Origin: the human T2T-CHM13v2.0 reference genome, Homo sapiens
Length of the DNA: 64,000 nucleotides
Assembly: GCF_009914755.1 (NCBI RefSeq)
Contig: NC_060928.1
Strand: one strand, 5' to 3'
The notes below the pieces were generated by a model. That model did no database searches and was not told the origin of the DNA. It saw nothing but the letters and a program-made list of their open reading frames with translations. Below are positions 32,827 to 54,360 of the stretch, piece by piece (position 1 is the first letter of the stretch; each line of letters begins with the position of its first letter). A program made the translations under genes and the position numbers.

Positions 32827-34099
32827 CTATCACTACAAATCTTTAAAACTTTATTGTTGTCTTTTCTTAAATTTCTGCAACCAGCCTGTTGAATATTCAC
32901 AGTTCCCTTTGTGATAAATCTTTGCTTGCTTCATGATCTGCATACCATTGAGTGGCATGTGTTCACTGCAATGCTGATGGATCTACTCTTTCAATACGTG
33001 ATCAAGATCTTCCCTTTTAGCTTGATGCAGGGTTTTTCTATATTTGTCATTAACTTCTGTTCATCTCTTTCAGCACAGAACGTGAATAGCTTATGCTTCT
33101 GTTTCTTCAGTTACACATGGTGGTCACTCCAACACCATAGTCTTCTGTAAGACATTTCACACTTCCACCCCGTCTAGTTTGTCCAATAGCCTGTCTTGCT
33201 ATAGATAAACATAAATGCTTCCATTTTTTCTTATGACTGTTTAGTCTTATGACTAAAGGGATGTCTGCAGGCTTTTCTGACAGTTTCAACAATATCTTTA
33301 TACCACAGAGCAGAAAATAAGCTAAACAAAATAAAATAAATGAAAACCACAATGAGTAATGCACATAAGTCTTGGTTATATGTAGGATATCATGGGGAAC
33401 ATGCTGTTGGCGCTTCTGGCCTGCACACGTGCCATTTTCTTACCCTTTGTGGGTGTGCTTGCATGGGGGGATCTGGGCATGCATGGAAAATATATATGCC
33501 AGATATAAAGTTGAAGGCAGCTGAGAAGGTCTTTTTTCCTTGGGGATGCTGAATAAACTGTGTGTTGGGTACTTGCATTTTGACTGCAACCTATCACAGG
33601 AGGTCAGGTGTGGAATTTTCCACTTGTGACATCATGTTGGCCTTTGAAAAGTTTTGGATTTTGAAGCATTTCAGATCTCAGGCTTTTGGATTAGGGATTG
33701 TACGAGAGTGGCACCCAGAGTGATGGAATGGCCCAGTGGTTTCATATGTTACAAAGTGCCACCAAAAATTTGTCTCCTGAAGGAAGGGCTCTAAAATGTG
33801 AAAGTTATTGCTTTTGTTTGTAACCACCTGTAAGTGAACTGGGATATGCAGGCTGGGAACAGAAGATCTCCTAGACTCAATTATATTCAGAGAAGCAATG
33901 CAGGAAGTATTATAGAAATACTTTGTGAAGCCATTTTTGCAGGAAGCAGTCTGTCTTTGTGGCAGCAGAGAAAGCTAGACCTTATAGGTTATAAAGCCTG
34001 GAGAGCTATCCTGGCCTGTTCCCATTTCTCCCCAGTTGACTGGTCCAGGAAAATTCAACCTGATAAATTTCAAAGAGATAAAAGATTTCATTGTACAAG

Positions 34100-34325
34100 A
34101 TAAAACCATAAAAACATAGCAGAAAATGTGAAATAATTTCTTTCTTTTTAAAAAGAAAATATGAAAAAAGGTATTTCTAGCTTTAAAAAGTTATTAACAT
34201 CATTAAAAAAGACAATCAACTGGATGAAATTTTAGCATAGATAAAAGACTAATCTCTCAAGTGGATAAAAATCCTCTAGAAATTGATAAGAAAAAGAACA
34301 AATTCATTAGAATATATAAGTAAAA
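34100..34325 (+). mobile_element. Old L1M ORF2 fragment, left flank of the RNF168 retrocopy
   Basis: aaattgataagaaaaagaacaaattcattagaa; the L1 resumes colinearly near 38690. Confidence 0.6.
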
Positions 34326-34486
34326 TTACTGATCAGAAAGGATGTTTCCAAGGGGAAAAAACAGGAATCTTCATCTGAAGCAGTCAGGGATCCATGCTTT
34401 CTTCAAGAAGAAGGAAAGTGTTCCCCAAATCTTCCTCAGGTCAAGAGGAAACAGAAATAAACTTTATTCAATGACTCATAGATTCG

Positions 34487-34758
<272 letters not shown>

Positions 34759-34775
34759 TCATAGATTTGGGAACA

Positions 34776-35091
<316 letters not shown>

Positions 35092-35101
35092 TGAGAGACA
35101 T

Positions 35102-35251
35102 GAAGAAGGAGAAGGAGAAGGGGAAGGGGAAGGGGACGGGGAAGGGGACGGGGACGGGGACGGGGAAGGGGAAGGGGAAGGGGAAGAAGAAGAAGGGGAA
35201 GGGGAAGGGGAAGAAGAAGAAGGGGAAGAAGGGGAAGAAGGGGAAGAAGAA
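35102..35251 (+). repeat. GGGGAA/GGGGAC/GAA purine-rich tandem expansion
   Basis: Direct reading; about 150 bp with no T. Confidence 0.95.
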
Positions 35252-35662
35252 AGGTTATTAGCATTACAGCTTCAGAAAGAGATGGATAAAGAGCAAATGA
35301 AGCCAAACTGGCAAAAAGAGTTCCCAGATGAATATCAGTTATGCACCTACATCCTCACCCCTAAATTGCTAAATGGAGAGAGGAAGAATTCCAAAGGTAG
35401 GAACCTCAAAAGACAAACTGATCCAGAGCATTCGAAACCTTGGAGAGGCTCAAGGGAAGAAAATTGGCAACCTTCTTTTAAGATCCAGTTGAAGCATTCA
35501 GTTAATGGAGGAAAGATGCCAAGTTCCACTAGAGATAATTGTAAGGAATCTAAAAGTGCTAGTTCCCTACAGCCTAGTAATTCACAGAAAAGTATTTTTC
35601 AGATGTTTCAGAGATACACAGCTTAATGCCTGGGTAAAGGGAGTGTTTTGTAAGCTTGTTAG

Positions 35663-36018
<356 letters not shown>

Positions 36019-36233
36019 ATATTCATTGTTCTTAAAGGCCTATGTGATTATAAGAGAAGATTTTATAAATGTGTTTCTGCAAAACTCAGTGATAAGCAGG
36101 GGTGTCCCTGTCTTTTCCATTGTTAATAACTGTGATATGTACTTTTCCAATCTTTTTGGATATACAAATGCCTTGACCAACTCCAAGAAATCTTCAAGTG
36201 ACATTCTCTTTCCAAAAAAATGCATGTTTTGGG

Positions 36234-36346
36234 GGCCAGGTGCAGTGATTCATGCTTGTAATCCCAGCACTTTGGGAGGCCAAGGTCAGCCTGGTCAACA
36301 TAGCGAGACCCTGTCTCTATAAAAACAAAGAAACATACATACAAAC
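36234..36346 (+). mobile_element. Alu monomer with an internal deletion
   Basis: TSD aaatg(c/t)atgtt. Confidence 0.88.
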
Positions 36347-36840
36347 AAATGTATGTTGCATGGCCTTTGCCCACTTTTTTGTCATTACTGGTAATCAAAG
36401 TAAGATTATACTATTCCAAGTAATTAAGGAACCCATGCAGAGTCTAAAGTCTAAGTATTCTTGCTATTATTGTTGCAAATATTTACAGAACACTTGAAAT
36501 ATATTTTTCATAAAACTGAAGTAATTTGATTTCCATCTCCAATTTAATTACATTTTAAGCATCATAGCATTTCTTTTTATTTAAAATGGATTAGGATCAA
36601 CGTTAAAGCAGAAAAGCAGAGTTTTCTAGGACATTGGGAATTAGTTGACAGAAAGGAAACTAGACTCTGTAAAAGGAGTTAAGAGCTAGGGAGAGGCAGG
36701 GTGGGGTGATGGACAGGTTGGTAGCATGGGAACTGAATGGGTAATCAGAAACTGGGTCCAGAATGAAGTAGCAGGTGAATTTCAGCACAGCATTCTCCTT
36801 ATCCTTTCTCTGCTAAGACACAGAAAACATTAGGGTTTTA

Positions 36841-37100
<260 letters not shown>

Positions 37101-37458
37101 AAAACAGTAGGGTTTTACAGTTTTTCACATCATAACAGCTGGTGTCAAAATCAAAATTAGTTACTAAATTACCTGAAATTTTGGAAATTCGTATTTCTAA
37201 TAATCTGTTATTCCAGAAAAAATAGGAATTTACTATAGGAGAGTTATATCACATTGTCTTATGTTGTAGAACCTGAAACATAACCATATGTTTTTCTTGT
37301 GAATTTGTATTGTTGTTGACTTTTATTTGTGTTGATGAACAGAAATAGAACATATGATACTTGGGTTTTGCCCTGTCTGATTCCCAAAAGTTAAATCAGA
37401 ACACAGTGATTGATTTCTTTTTGTGAAATGTAACTTGGAGACTATTGATCTGTTTTCC

Positions 37459-37925
37459 TTTTTTTTTTTTTTTTGAGACAGAGTGTCACTCTGTTGCCCA
37501 TAGTACAGTGGTACAATCTTGGCTCACTGCAACCTCTGCCTTCTGGGTTCAAGCAATTATCCTGCCTCAGCCTCCTAGGTAGCTGGGATTATAGGCGCCC
37601 ACCACCACATCTGGCTAATTTTTATGTTTTTAGTACAGATGGGGTTTCGCCCTGTTGGCCAGGCTGGTCTCGAACTTCTGACCTCAAGTGATCCCTACCC
37701 TCTCATCCTTCCAAACTGCTGGGATTACAGTCATGAGCCACTGCGTCCGGCCTATTGATCTGTTTTTCATTACTATGAACAACTGGTCAGGCTCAGTGGC
37801 TCATGCCTGTAATCCCAGCATTTTGGGAGGCCGAAGTGGGAGGATCACTTGAATCCAGGTGTTGGAGACTAGCCTGGGCAACAAAGCAAGACCCTACCTC
37901 TAATTTAAGAAAATAATAATAATAA
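37459..37925. mobile_element. AluS (minus, 37459-37752) and FLAM (plus, 37785-37925), head to head
   Basis: TSDs tattgatctgtttt and tatgaacaact. Confidence 0.94.
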
Positions 37926-38689
37926 TATGAACAACTCTTACCAAACAATAGTTTTGGCAGCATTTCTGGTGCTGTCTAGTCATCCATCCTTTTACAAGTA
38001 TAAAAATAAGATAAAATGTCCTAGAGCCAATCCTAGCTTAAATTTGTCAGTATTTTTATATGTTATTAAGCTTTTTCCTCCAAATTTTGTAACTGAAATT
38101 CTGTTCATCTTTGCATACTTGATGGCATCTATGTCAATATTGATTGACTATTTATGAGTAGAATTCTGAAACCTAATTTAAAATTTAGTTTGCCCTTTTT
38201 GTTTTAAAAAAAAGTATTGCCTTCTGAGTAAATGATGGTAGTAACATGAAGTATAGTTTAAAACTATAGTATCGCATTGGTTGTTAAGTATAAATAAATA
38301 AAATCTAACCAAATTCGTCTAAAACAGACTGAACTCTATCTTTTCATCAAACCAACATTTTTGTAAGAGCAATTTCACTTTGTGTTTTAGAGTAGACATT
38401 TTTGGAAATCCTTGAATAAAAAGCTCTCATTAAATCTCCCTGGAATAGCTCATAACCAAAGAGGAAGAAAAAAATAGCTTATGGTGTGATATATTTAGGA
38501 TTTATATATTTAACTACTTATTTGTCTGTGAAGAAGTCTTCCTGACTAAAGATGGCTTTCAGATAAATTTTAATTTCTCTATGAGTCTTTTGCTATTCCT
38601 ATAATTCATGCCTTTTTGTTAGAAACTAATATAGGTTTTGTGTGATTTTTTTTTTCAATGAGCAAAAATAAGTTAAATAAGTAAGTAAG

Positions 38690-39900
<1,211 letters not shown>

Positions 39901-39957
39901 AAGAATATATATTTACATTTGATTGTGTATGTGTATACACACACACACACACACACA

Positions 39958-41872
<1,915 letters not shown>

Positions 41873-42149
41873 TTTAAATGATGTCATAGACCATATCTAG
41901 GCTAATGCTCCATAAAAATAAGCTAAAAAAAGAATATATATTCACATTTGACTGTGTGTGTATATATATTCATATGTTTAATTATATATATATATATATA
42001 TAAAATTCTAGAAAGATACCCAAGAAACTAATAATACTGGTTTCTTAGGGGTGTAGGGGGCATAGGGTGAGTGCCAGGTAGATGGGGGACAGTCAGACTT
42101 TTCACTGTCTACCTTTATGTATAATTTAACCATGTGCCTATATTACCTA

Positions 42150-42561
42150 CAGTAGCAGTGCCATAACAAACTACCATAAACTCTGTCTTAAAATAACCCA
42201 ATTTATTCCATCAGTGTTCTGGAGGTGAGGCACTGGCAGGGGCCTGTTCTCCCTGAAAACTTTAGGGAAGAATCCTTCCCTGACTATGACAGCTTTTGGT
42301 GGCTCCTGGCATTCCTTGGCTTGTAGATGTGTCATCCCAGTCTCTGGCGCCATCTCATCTTCCCCTCTGTTCTGTGTTCCTGTGTCCTTTCCTCTTATAA
42401 GCTCATCACTCATTGGATTTAGAGCCCACCCTAAATCCAAGATGATTTAGTCTGGAAGTCCTTAACTAACTACACTCGCAAAGACCCTATTTCCACATAA
42501 AGTCACATTCTGAGGTTCTGAGTGAATATGAATTTTGGGGGGATGCACTTCAACCCACAAC
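42150..42561 (-). mobile_element. MLT1C-like MaLR LTR
   Basis: gccataacaaactaccataaact...cacattctgaggttctg...caacccacaaca. Confidence 0.85.
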
Positions 42562-43029
42562 ACTATTCAAAAATAAACATTTAAAAAAACTTAGCTGTGA
42601 TGAAACAAAATGAAGTTCACATTGTCAAACCAAAATATTCTTTTAATGTTAGTATTTCTAGCCTGAGCAAGCATTTAAGCTGAAATATAGTGGTAATCCA
42701 TTCTATAGAGTGAGGGAGAAATTAACTGAAGCCCTCATGCCTCTCAACACCATTTACCTGTCTCAGAGGCAGAAGAAGGCAGACAATAAATGAAAATATA
42801 TTCAGCACCCATTGAGTATAAAGAGACAGTTGAATGGGCTCAATTCTGTTAACAAGGGGACCAGTTAGCCAGATTTATGCTTAGTTTGTGTCATGTAAAA
42901 TGGTGATGTTTCTCTGCACTGTTTCTAAGATTGTCTCAGAAGATCTTTGCTGTAAATGTAGGAAGCTCATATATCAGGACTGGGGACATAGCATTTTTAG
43001 AGGAATGAACTGAGAAAAAAAGTGGGTAT

Positions 43030-43450
43030 TATCTTAACCTGCTTGGGCTACCATAACAAAATACTGCAGACTGGGTGGCTTAAACAGTAAAAATTCATTT
43101 CTTACAGTTCTAGGGAATGAGAAGTCCAAGATCAAAGTGCCTGCCAATTCAGTTCCTGGTGAAGGCTTTCTTTTTGGCTTATAGATGGCCACCTTCTTGC
43201 TGTGTCCTTACATGGCAAAGACAGACAGAGAAAGAGCAAGAGAGAGAGAGAGAGACAGACAGACAGATAGACAGACAGAGAGAGCACACTTTCTGATGTC
43301 TTTGCCTACAAAAACACTACTCCTGTAAGAAAGGGCTCTACCCATATGCCTTCATTTAACCTTAATTGCTCCTTATTCCAAATACAACTACACTGGGAGT
43401 TAGGGCTTCAACGTATTAATTTTGTAGGAGACACAATTCAGTCCATAGCA
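43030..43450 (-). mobile_element. MLT1A-like solo LTR with an internal (GA/GACA)n tract
   Basis: Ends attcagtccatagca; perfect TSD ggtat. Confidence 0.92.
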
Positions 43451-43714
43451 GGTATTTTAAATCAACCTGAGCATTTTCAACATTTGTAAAGAGGCATGAT
43501 ATACTACAGCACTTAAGCAGAGACTATGAATCAGGCAGAATTTAAGATCTTTTAGACACAACCATGGGGAACTCTAACCTAGGTTTATCAAACTGTGTCC
43601 TAGCTTGAGCGCTGGGAATGAATGACAATGTATTCATTCATATGAATAGGAAGTACTTCCTTTCAAAGTCTTTGGGATTCAAAAGAAAAAGCATTCCTTT
43701 AAGAAGAGTTCTTA

Positions 43715-43950
43715 GGACTTAAGGGGCTTCGAGTCAGACAGGCCTGGCTTCCCATCCCAACTCTAGGACTTAACAGCTGTGGAACTTTGGGCAAGTTTCC
43801 TCACCTCTTTGGGTCTCTGTTTCCTCAGCTGTAAGATGGGAATATAACAGCCCTCTTTGGGTTGTTATGGAATTAAATGAGGCAAGATCTGTAAAAAACT
43901 TAGCACAAGGAACACAGTGAGTGCTCTTTCAAGTTGCCTCTTATTATTAT
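43715..43950 (+). mobile_element. MIR
   Basis: ttgggcaagtt...ctctgtttcctcagctgtaagatggg. Confidence 0.85.
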
Positions 43951-44207
43951 TATTACCAATCATGAGAAACATGCATGGAGAAAATTTTGCCAAATGCCCA
44001 AAAAAAATCCGGAAAGGATTATTCAACCTGTGGATGTGGAAAGGAAAAGTGGTGGTAGCCGGAAGGCAGGGCTGCTCGATTTGGAAACAGTAACAAGCTT
44101 GCTTTGGCTGAGTATGGAGTACACTAATTCACCACTTAACATTCAGAGTTTATATTCTAGAAGCACAGAATTGAGAGGAATGTATACCCAGTTAAAAATT
44201 TAATGCA

Positions 44208-44507
<300 letters not shown>

Positions 44508-44644
44508 ATTGCACCACTCTGGTGGGGAATGTTGATAATGGGGGAGGTTATACATGTGGGCTGTGGGGAGTAATTGGGAAATCTCTGTACTTTCTGCTCA
44601 ATTTTGCTGTGAAATGAAAACTGCTCTAAAAAAAATTAAGTCTT

Positions 44645-45268
<624 letters not shown>

Positions 45269-45711
45269 TCTATTTTAAAAATGGAAAAGAATCAGTGAAT
45301 ACTTTTCACTGTAATGAAGAAACACACCCTTACCCGGGAATCTACACTCTGGTGCTTGCACCTGGTTCCCCTGACACTCACCCAATCCGCCCCCACTCCA
45401 ACACCACCCTGGGTTCAAAAGGAAATGCATATTAGCTCTAGGGCTCAGAGTATCCAGTTTAACTCTGTACACTTGCAGGAAGTCTTTTTACTGTGAGGGC
45501 CCTTTAGTCGCACTTTTGCACATTTTCTTCTAATAAAAATGTGACAGATTTCTCACTTAATGGACTAACTAAGGAATGCTTTGGAAAAAAACAAGGAAAG
45601 TGAGAAACAGCTATAACATCCATTTTTTTTTTTAGCTTCCTTATAGAATCAGAGAGAATAACCTGTAAGATGTATTTCTTCACTAGGAGGGCAAATAATA
45701 CCAAATTTTGA

Positions 45712-45891
<180 letters not shown>

Positions 45892-46847
45892 TAAAAATTT
45901 TGTATTTCAAAGATAAAAAACAGAACTTACTTCATTAGACTGTTAGGGAGAGTAGTTGAAGTAATAAACCTGCAGCTCTCAGAACCATGCCTGGCACACA
46001 GTAAGCACCCAATGAATAGATATTCTCAGAATTAGAAGGTGAATCACAAGGGTTTGTCTTTTCAGCGGCTCCTCATAGTGGCTTTTCTCATGTGCTTTAT
46101 TTATTTGACTTGCTATTACTGCACGTATCATTTACAACTAAACACCAGACAGGGGCTTACGTACAGTAATACCAGGGAAGGTAAATTAGTATTCCAATGC
46201 ACGAAAGCTCCTTTATACTCATATAATGAAAGACAGCTATTCACTGACTTAAGATCTCTGGCATTAATTACAGGTTTCAGTACATAAAAGTGTTACCCAA
46301 ATCTGAGTTCCTGCTTTGAAATGCAAGATCTGTGAAACTGAGCCAAGCCAATGGAAATGCAAATGCCTCAAACATTTTCATTTACCTGTGACACATGGCT
46401 TTCATCAAGATGGATTACCTCACTTGTAAGAACACATTAACAATTGGTTTTGTTTGTGGTCAGATAAACCAGTCATGATTAATGAATCTGGCCACAGCTC
46501 TTCCTGTCTGTGGATGCCCCAAATGAGAGCTCTGATCTTTCCTAATCTTAAAAGAAAAGGATTGTAAAAGAAATCGAGATGTATATGCGTATTAAAATAT
46601 TGCCATTTATTGGACACCAGGAAAGTGGCTGAGCCTCTGACACCTGCCATCTTTGTTCATTGCTTTAATGTCAGTGTAACTCGCAGATCTTTTCATATCC
46701 ACTAAATATTGATATAAAAAGTCATTAAAATAAAGTTAATTATTTTTTATTTTCAAAAACAGATAATCCAGATATGGGCATTCAAATATATGATCCATTT
46801 GGAAGAGCCACTTTGATATCCTAAGAGCCTTAGGAGTAGGATGCTTC

Positions 46848-47676
<829 letters not shown>

Positions 47677-48669
47677 CTGGAGGATGAATTTTTGAAAATA
47701 TTTGGAAGTCATTCAGATTTCCTTGAGGTAATGCCATTTTTATTCAAAAACAAGGTGCCACTAACGTAAGTGATATTTCTTGCCTGGATCATAAACTGGC
47801 TTGGAAGACAACCCTAAAGAAGGAATTCTAAAGCAGACTTCTCAAGGGTGAGCATTCGTCTTTTCCTGAAACAACAGAGTCATCTATGTAGGTAAACAAA
47901 TTGTTACGGTTTTCCAGGACTTTTTCTGTTTTTCTGCCAAAAGTCCTGTGTCCCGGGACCTCTTCAGTCCTGAATGAACTAGGAGAGTTAGTCCTCTCCT
48001 GTTATGAGGCAGTCATATGCCTCCAGTTCACAAGACTTTGATCCTGCTCCTGTAACACAATAATCCAAGAGTTTCTCATCCTAGCTTACTTGCCATGGGT
48101 TATAGGCTCCAGGCAATTCTACTGAAGGACAACTCTGGTTTGAGTGTACGCATTACAATAGGTTGCTTTCCTTGTTTCTTGGTTTCTTTTTAAGTCCGGT
48201 CTAGATGAGTCATTCTAGTACCTTTGAACTTTTCATTGTTATTTGGAGCAATGTTTGCAATTCTTTTGGGGTTTGCAGTCCCTACCTCCTTACAATGTTT
48301 TTGCTTAAACTGAACCAGCATGTGAGATCCAACAAGTGGATTAGAATTTCTAGTCTGAGCTCTGCCGTGTATTCAGACACGAATCCCTTAGCCTGTCTTG
48401 GCTCTCAGATTCCTCATCTGACAAATAGAAAAAATAAGTACCTTCATTATTACATGTGGTTAATATGAAGATGAAAAGAGATAATGCACATGAGCTGCAA
48501 AGTTATTAATTTTAACAATTAATTAATGTAGTCATAATTTATTGAATAACTGCTACGTCTAATACCTTTCAGAAAGCCATAATCCTGGAGAGAAAATACG
48601 CACACATGCAGAAATATAGCTGACCACTGGATGATGTCTTTAGTGCAGTCATAATTACCTGAAAAAGGT

Positions 48670-49395
48670 TCTAACTGCCACTGCAAAACTACAACTGAGA
48701 CACTGAAAGAGATCTGAGCTAACCAACTCCATCTTGTTTCCAACTTCCAAGCCATTGTTGTTCATTCCTGGGTGCAGGCTGAACTACCTCTGGAGGAACT
48801 TAGTTTATACCTTATAGTTTAGAACAAAGATGGTAACAAAACAAACCACTTTCTTGCCTGGGGGCTAGACTGCCTTTGTAGGACTAACAAATTAGCCAAA
48901 AGATTAGAAATTATGGTTTAGGAGTCATGCAGCTGGAGGCTACAAGACTCTGACCCTCCCCATATTGCTCCTGGGGATAACATCACTTTCTAAAACCTAA
49001 GATCAGTGCTTGAGATATTTTGCAGACACTGCACTCGATGGATCAGCTGGCACCATGCGGATCGATAAACTGGCTCATCTGATCTTGTGGCTCCCACTCA
49101 GGAACTGACTGACTCAGTGCAAGAGGACAGCTTCAGCTCCCTATGAGTTCATTTCCGACCCAACCAATCAGCACTCCTGACTCACTGGCTGCCCCCACTT
49201 TGACCAAATTACTCTTAAAAACTCTGATCTGTGAATGCTCGAATGCTGAGGGAGACTGATTTGAGTAATAATAAAACTCCAGTCTCCCGCACAGCTGGCT
49301 GTGTGTGAATTGCTCTTTCTCTATTGCAATTCCCCTGTCTTGTTAAATTGGCTCTGTCTAGGCAGCAAGCAAGGTAAACCTGTTGGACGGTTACA
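48670..49395 (+). mobile_element. LTR8-family ERV1 solo LTR
   Basis: aaccaactccatcttg...ggagactgatttgagtaataataaaactcc...cggttaca end. Confidence 0.88.
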
Positions 49396-49644
49396 GGACC
49401 TCCAAGAAAAGGCCGATTAATTTTGCTTGTGTCACTCTGGAAGGCTTCCCAGAAGAGATGATGTTTGAATTGGATCCTGAAGGGTGACAGAGGAAATGGC
49501 ATGAACAGAGACATGGAGATGGGAAGACTGGGAGCATGTTTAGGGGAGGGCAAATATGCCAGTATTACAGTGCTTTCTGAGTGAGCAGGATAGGACCAGA
49601 TCTCAAAGGACCTTAAGTGCCAAGCTAAAAATGTGAACTTTATT

Positions 49645-49975
<331 letters not shown>

Positions 49976-50149
49976 TCAGATCCCTCTGGCTGCAGTGTGG
50001 AGGACAGAATAGACTTTAAGAAGCAGGACAAGCAGGACGTGGGGAGAACAGTTATTGAAGTTTATTGTGCACATTCAGAGAATACCAGGGTAGTATAAAG
50101 GAGGATGACGGCAAGTGGGAGAGGAGACAAAAAGAGAGATGAAAACCTC

Positions 50150-50615
50150 CTCATCATCAATAACGCCACCTTATTGAAGAGGCCTGGCTTGACCACTCTA
50201 TAGAAAATAGAATAGAAAATAGTGTAGAAATATCACACATCCTCATCACTTCCCTTCCTCCACTTGCTATATTTTTCTCCTTAGCATTATCACCATCAGT
50301 ATGCAGATGCAGGTACCACAAAGGCTGCACTTGGGAAGCAAATACATGTCTGAGCTTCCTATAAGCCAAGGCAAAGAGAGAAACATGGCCAGTTATGACA
50401 CCCACAGTCTTCATTAGGCAAGGACATGACATTTTGCCAAATGAAGTCCTATTTCTTCATAGGATATATTTACTTTTCAGATGCTTATTATCTATTCTCT
50501 CACTAGCATGAACATTCCATACAGGAAAGGCTTTTGTTTTATTATTTGCTATGTCCTTGGTGCCAGAACAGTGCCTGGTGTATAGTAAGTGCTCAATAAA
50601 TATTTGCTGATTTTA
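50150..50615 (+). mobile_element. L2 3' end interrupted by a 163-bp insert
   Basis: ttctccttagcattatcacc [insert] ...gaacagtgcctggtgtatagtaagtgctcaataaatatttgctga. Confidence 0.8.
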
Positions 50616-51000
50616 TAAATAAATAAATAAAGTTTGAGTTTCTTCCCACTCTGTAAATCAATAGGTCAATATGGTTGATCAGCTCCTGTTTTCATTTATG
50701 GATAAAATTTACTTCATTCTAAAAAGCATTTGAGATGGCTCCAAAAATATATAATATTAAAAGAACAAAACAAAATGAAGTCTAAATGACAAAGAGAATT
50801 GCCTAAGATGATGAAGCACAGAAAATCAGTATGCAGATGCAGGTACCACAAGGGCTGTACTAAGATTTTCAAAATGGGAAGCAAATACGTGTCTGAGCTT
50901 CCTATACACCAAGGCAAAGAGAGAAACATGGCCAGTTATGGCACCCACAGTCTTCATTAGACAAAGGTGTGACATTTTCTCAAAGGAAGTCCTATTTCTT
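50295..51000 (+). repeat. Dispersed direct duplication: 50295-50457 and 50825-51000
   Basis: Both run atcagtatgcagatgcaggtaccaca...gaagtcctatttctt; copy 1 lacks 13 nt. Confidence 0.95.
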
Positions 51001-51849
51001 TTTGGTGGATAAAGATGATGTTGAAACCATCTGCTTTATGTCCATGTTGTTTGGTGGGGTGACAGTTAACCCCTTAGCTCTTTTGGAGGGAGCGCAACCT
51101 GTGTTCAGCCTTACTTATCCACTGCAAGAGGTGACCAGAAATTTATCCAAACCAGAAACAGCTAGAGAGCATGAAAAGCTGCAGACAGATTAAGTGACAC
51201 TCACCCAAGGGTAGGATTGAGTGGGGAGAGAATGTAAACACTCCATTCCTGACCTCCTGTCCCCTGCAGAAGCTTTATCAATCTCTAAGAGAATTACCTC
51301 TGCTTATAAAAAGGAAAGTTACATAGAAATCTGGCAAAGTTACATTGAAATCTGGATCCACTGTTGGTCTCTCTTCCTTTGATTTATTAAAGTTTCTTTG
51401 AAGTACACTTAAGTAAGAGGTTGAGTTTGGCTGATGATTTATTTTTAAGAGAGTGAAACAAGGTGAGAAAGAGAGAGGAAGCTGCTTTTCCAAATGATTA
51501 AAAGGTGAGTGTGACTCTAGTAAAGGATTTTCTTCCTTAAAAGATATTTTAAGGGATTTTTTAAAAGGTAATACATCCACATGATAAAAAAAATCCAATA
51601 AGGCCAAAAAACGTATCATATTTTTTGCATTTTTGCAAAGATATTTATATTTAGGCATATACATAAATGCTTTGGTTAAATAAATGAGAATTTATGATAT
51701 AAACTCTTCTCTTGCTTTTTTTCACTTAATAAATGTTGGAGACTATTTCTGTTGTCTTTTCCCCCATCTTGGTTTTTGGTCATTTGGACTTGTCTTTTAG
51801 CATTTCTGGTGACTTTTAAATTAATGGCATGTATAAAAAACAATGTTGG

Positions 51850-52950
<1,101 letters not shown>

Positions 52951-54055
52951 ATAATGCTACACTTATAAGTAGTAGAAAAAAGAAACAAATAACAACAAAA
53001 ACAAAAACAAAAAAAAATTTTGAGGCTCTAAATGATGTTGTGTTCCTCCAGAGAGAGTTATCATTTCCTTAGCTAGTCAGGCAGAGTGGGGATTGATTAT
53101 CCTAAGACAGAGACTGAGCTAACTGTAGACTGTGTTGCAGTTTGCAGAAAGCCCTCTCTACCTCCTCCCCTTCTAGGGTAGATTCCTCCAGGAGTCCTGA
53201 CCGAGAATCTTGGGTCTTAAGCATGGCGCCTGTTTTAGTAGATCTTGAACTGTAAGACTTGTGTCATTACCACTGTGAGATTGCTCAAACTCTGTGTTTA
53301 CTTTTTGGGGCTTCCTGTTTAGCTTCTATTCTTTTCTTGTCGAACTCCAATTTAATATGTTTTAAACTTCATCAGCCCACCCGACAAGCCTTTTAATCTT
53401 CCGTATTTTCCATCTTGATCTCTCTGTTCTATCCTCAGATTTATCTTCTAACTCACTAATTTTCTCTTTACTTGTTTTGGTGCTATGGTTGACACCTTGG
53501 TTTTTTTCGTGTACATTTTGTGACTTTTTGATATTTGATGGAACTTTGTCTGTTGAAACTTTTTGAAGCCTAGGTCCCTCCTGAGAGAGTTCATCTTTAG
53601 TTTGCGAGGCGACTTTTTCTCTTTAAACTACAGAAATAGCGTGAATTGTTCTGCACAGCATGAATAAAGACTGGCTTGTGGTTATTTATTCTCAGAGGGG
53701 ACTTTCTCTCCTGACAAGTCAAGCTGTGACAGGTAAGCATATGACCTCTCTTGCCTTTTTGAGAAGATAGTTTTTATAGATCATCCTTTTACTGAGAACA
53801 TAGATGTTAGGGATCTCAGCTTTGTGCAGTGGTCTCCAATCTGACCCCTTCACCTTGCCAAGCCCTTACACTTTGCCTCCTCTCTCTCATGACGCCAGCT
53901 AAAACTCTTGCTGTAGATCACAGAAGAGCAGGAGATGCCTCTAGTTCCAGCTCTTGATGACTTATTTGGATTCTGGCTCCTGTTTTACATTTGGCTTTTC
54001 TGTATCCTTTTTATTTTCTTTTCTCCTCAGTCATGCATTAAAAATATTTTTTTAA

Positions 54056-54360
54056 GCCAGGCGAGGTGGCTCACACCTGTAACCCCAGAACTTTGGGAGG
54101 CTGAGGCAGGAGGATCACTTGAGGTCAGATCAGGAGTTCGAGCCCAGTCTAGCCACTATGGTGACACCCCATCTCTACTAAAAATACAAAAATTAGCTGG
54201 GCATGGTGGCGCATGTCTGTAGTCCCAGCTACTCAGAAGGGTGAGGATCGCTTGAACCCAGGAGGTGGAGGTTGCAGTGAACCGAGCTGGAGATTGTGCC
54301 ACTGCACTACAGCCTGGGTGACAGAGCGAGACCCTGTCTCAAAAAAAAAAAAAAAAAAAA
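54056..54360 (+). mobile_element. Alu (rearranged)
   Basis: Full dimer with small indels and an A tail. Confidence 0.94.
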
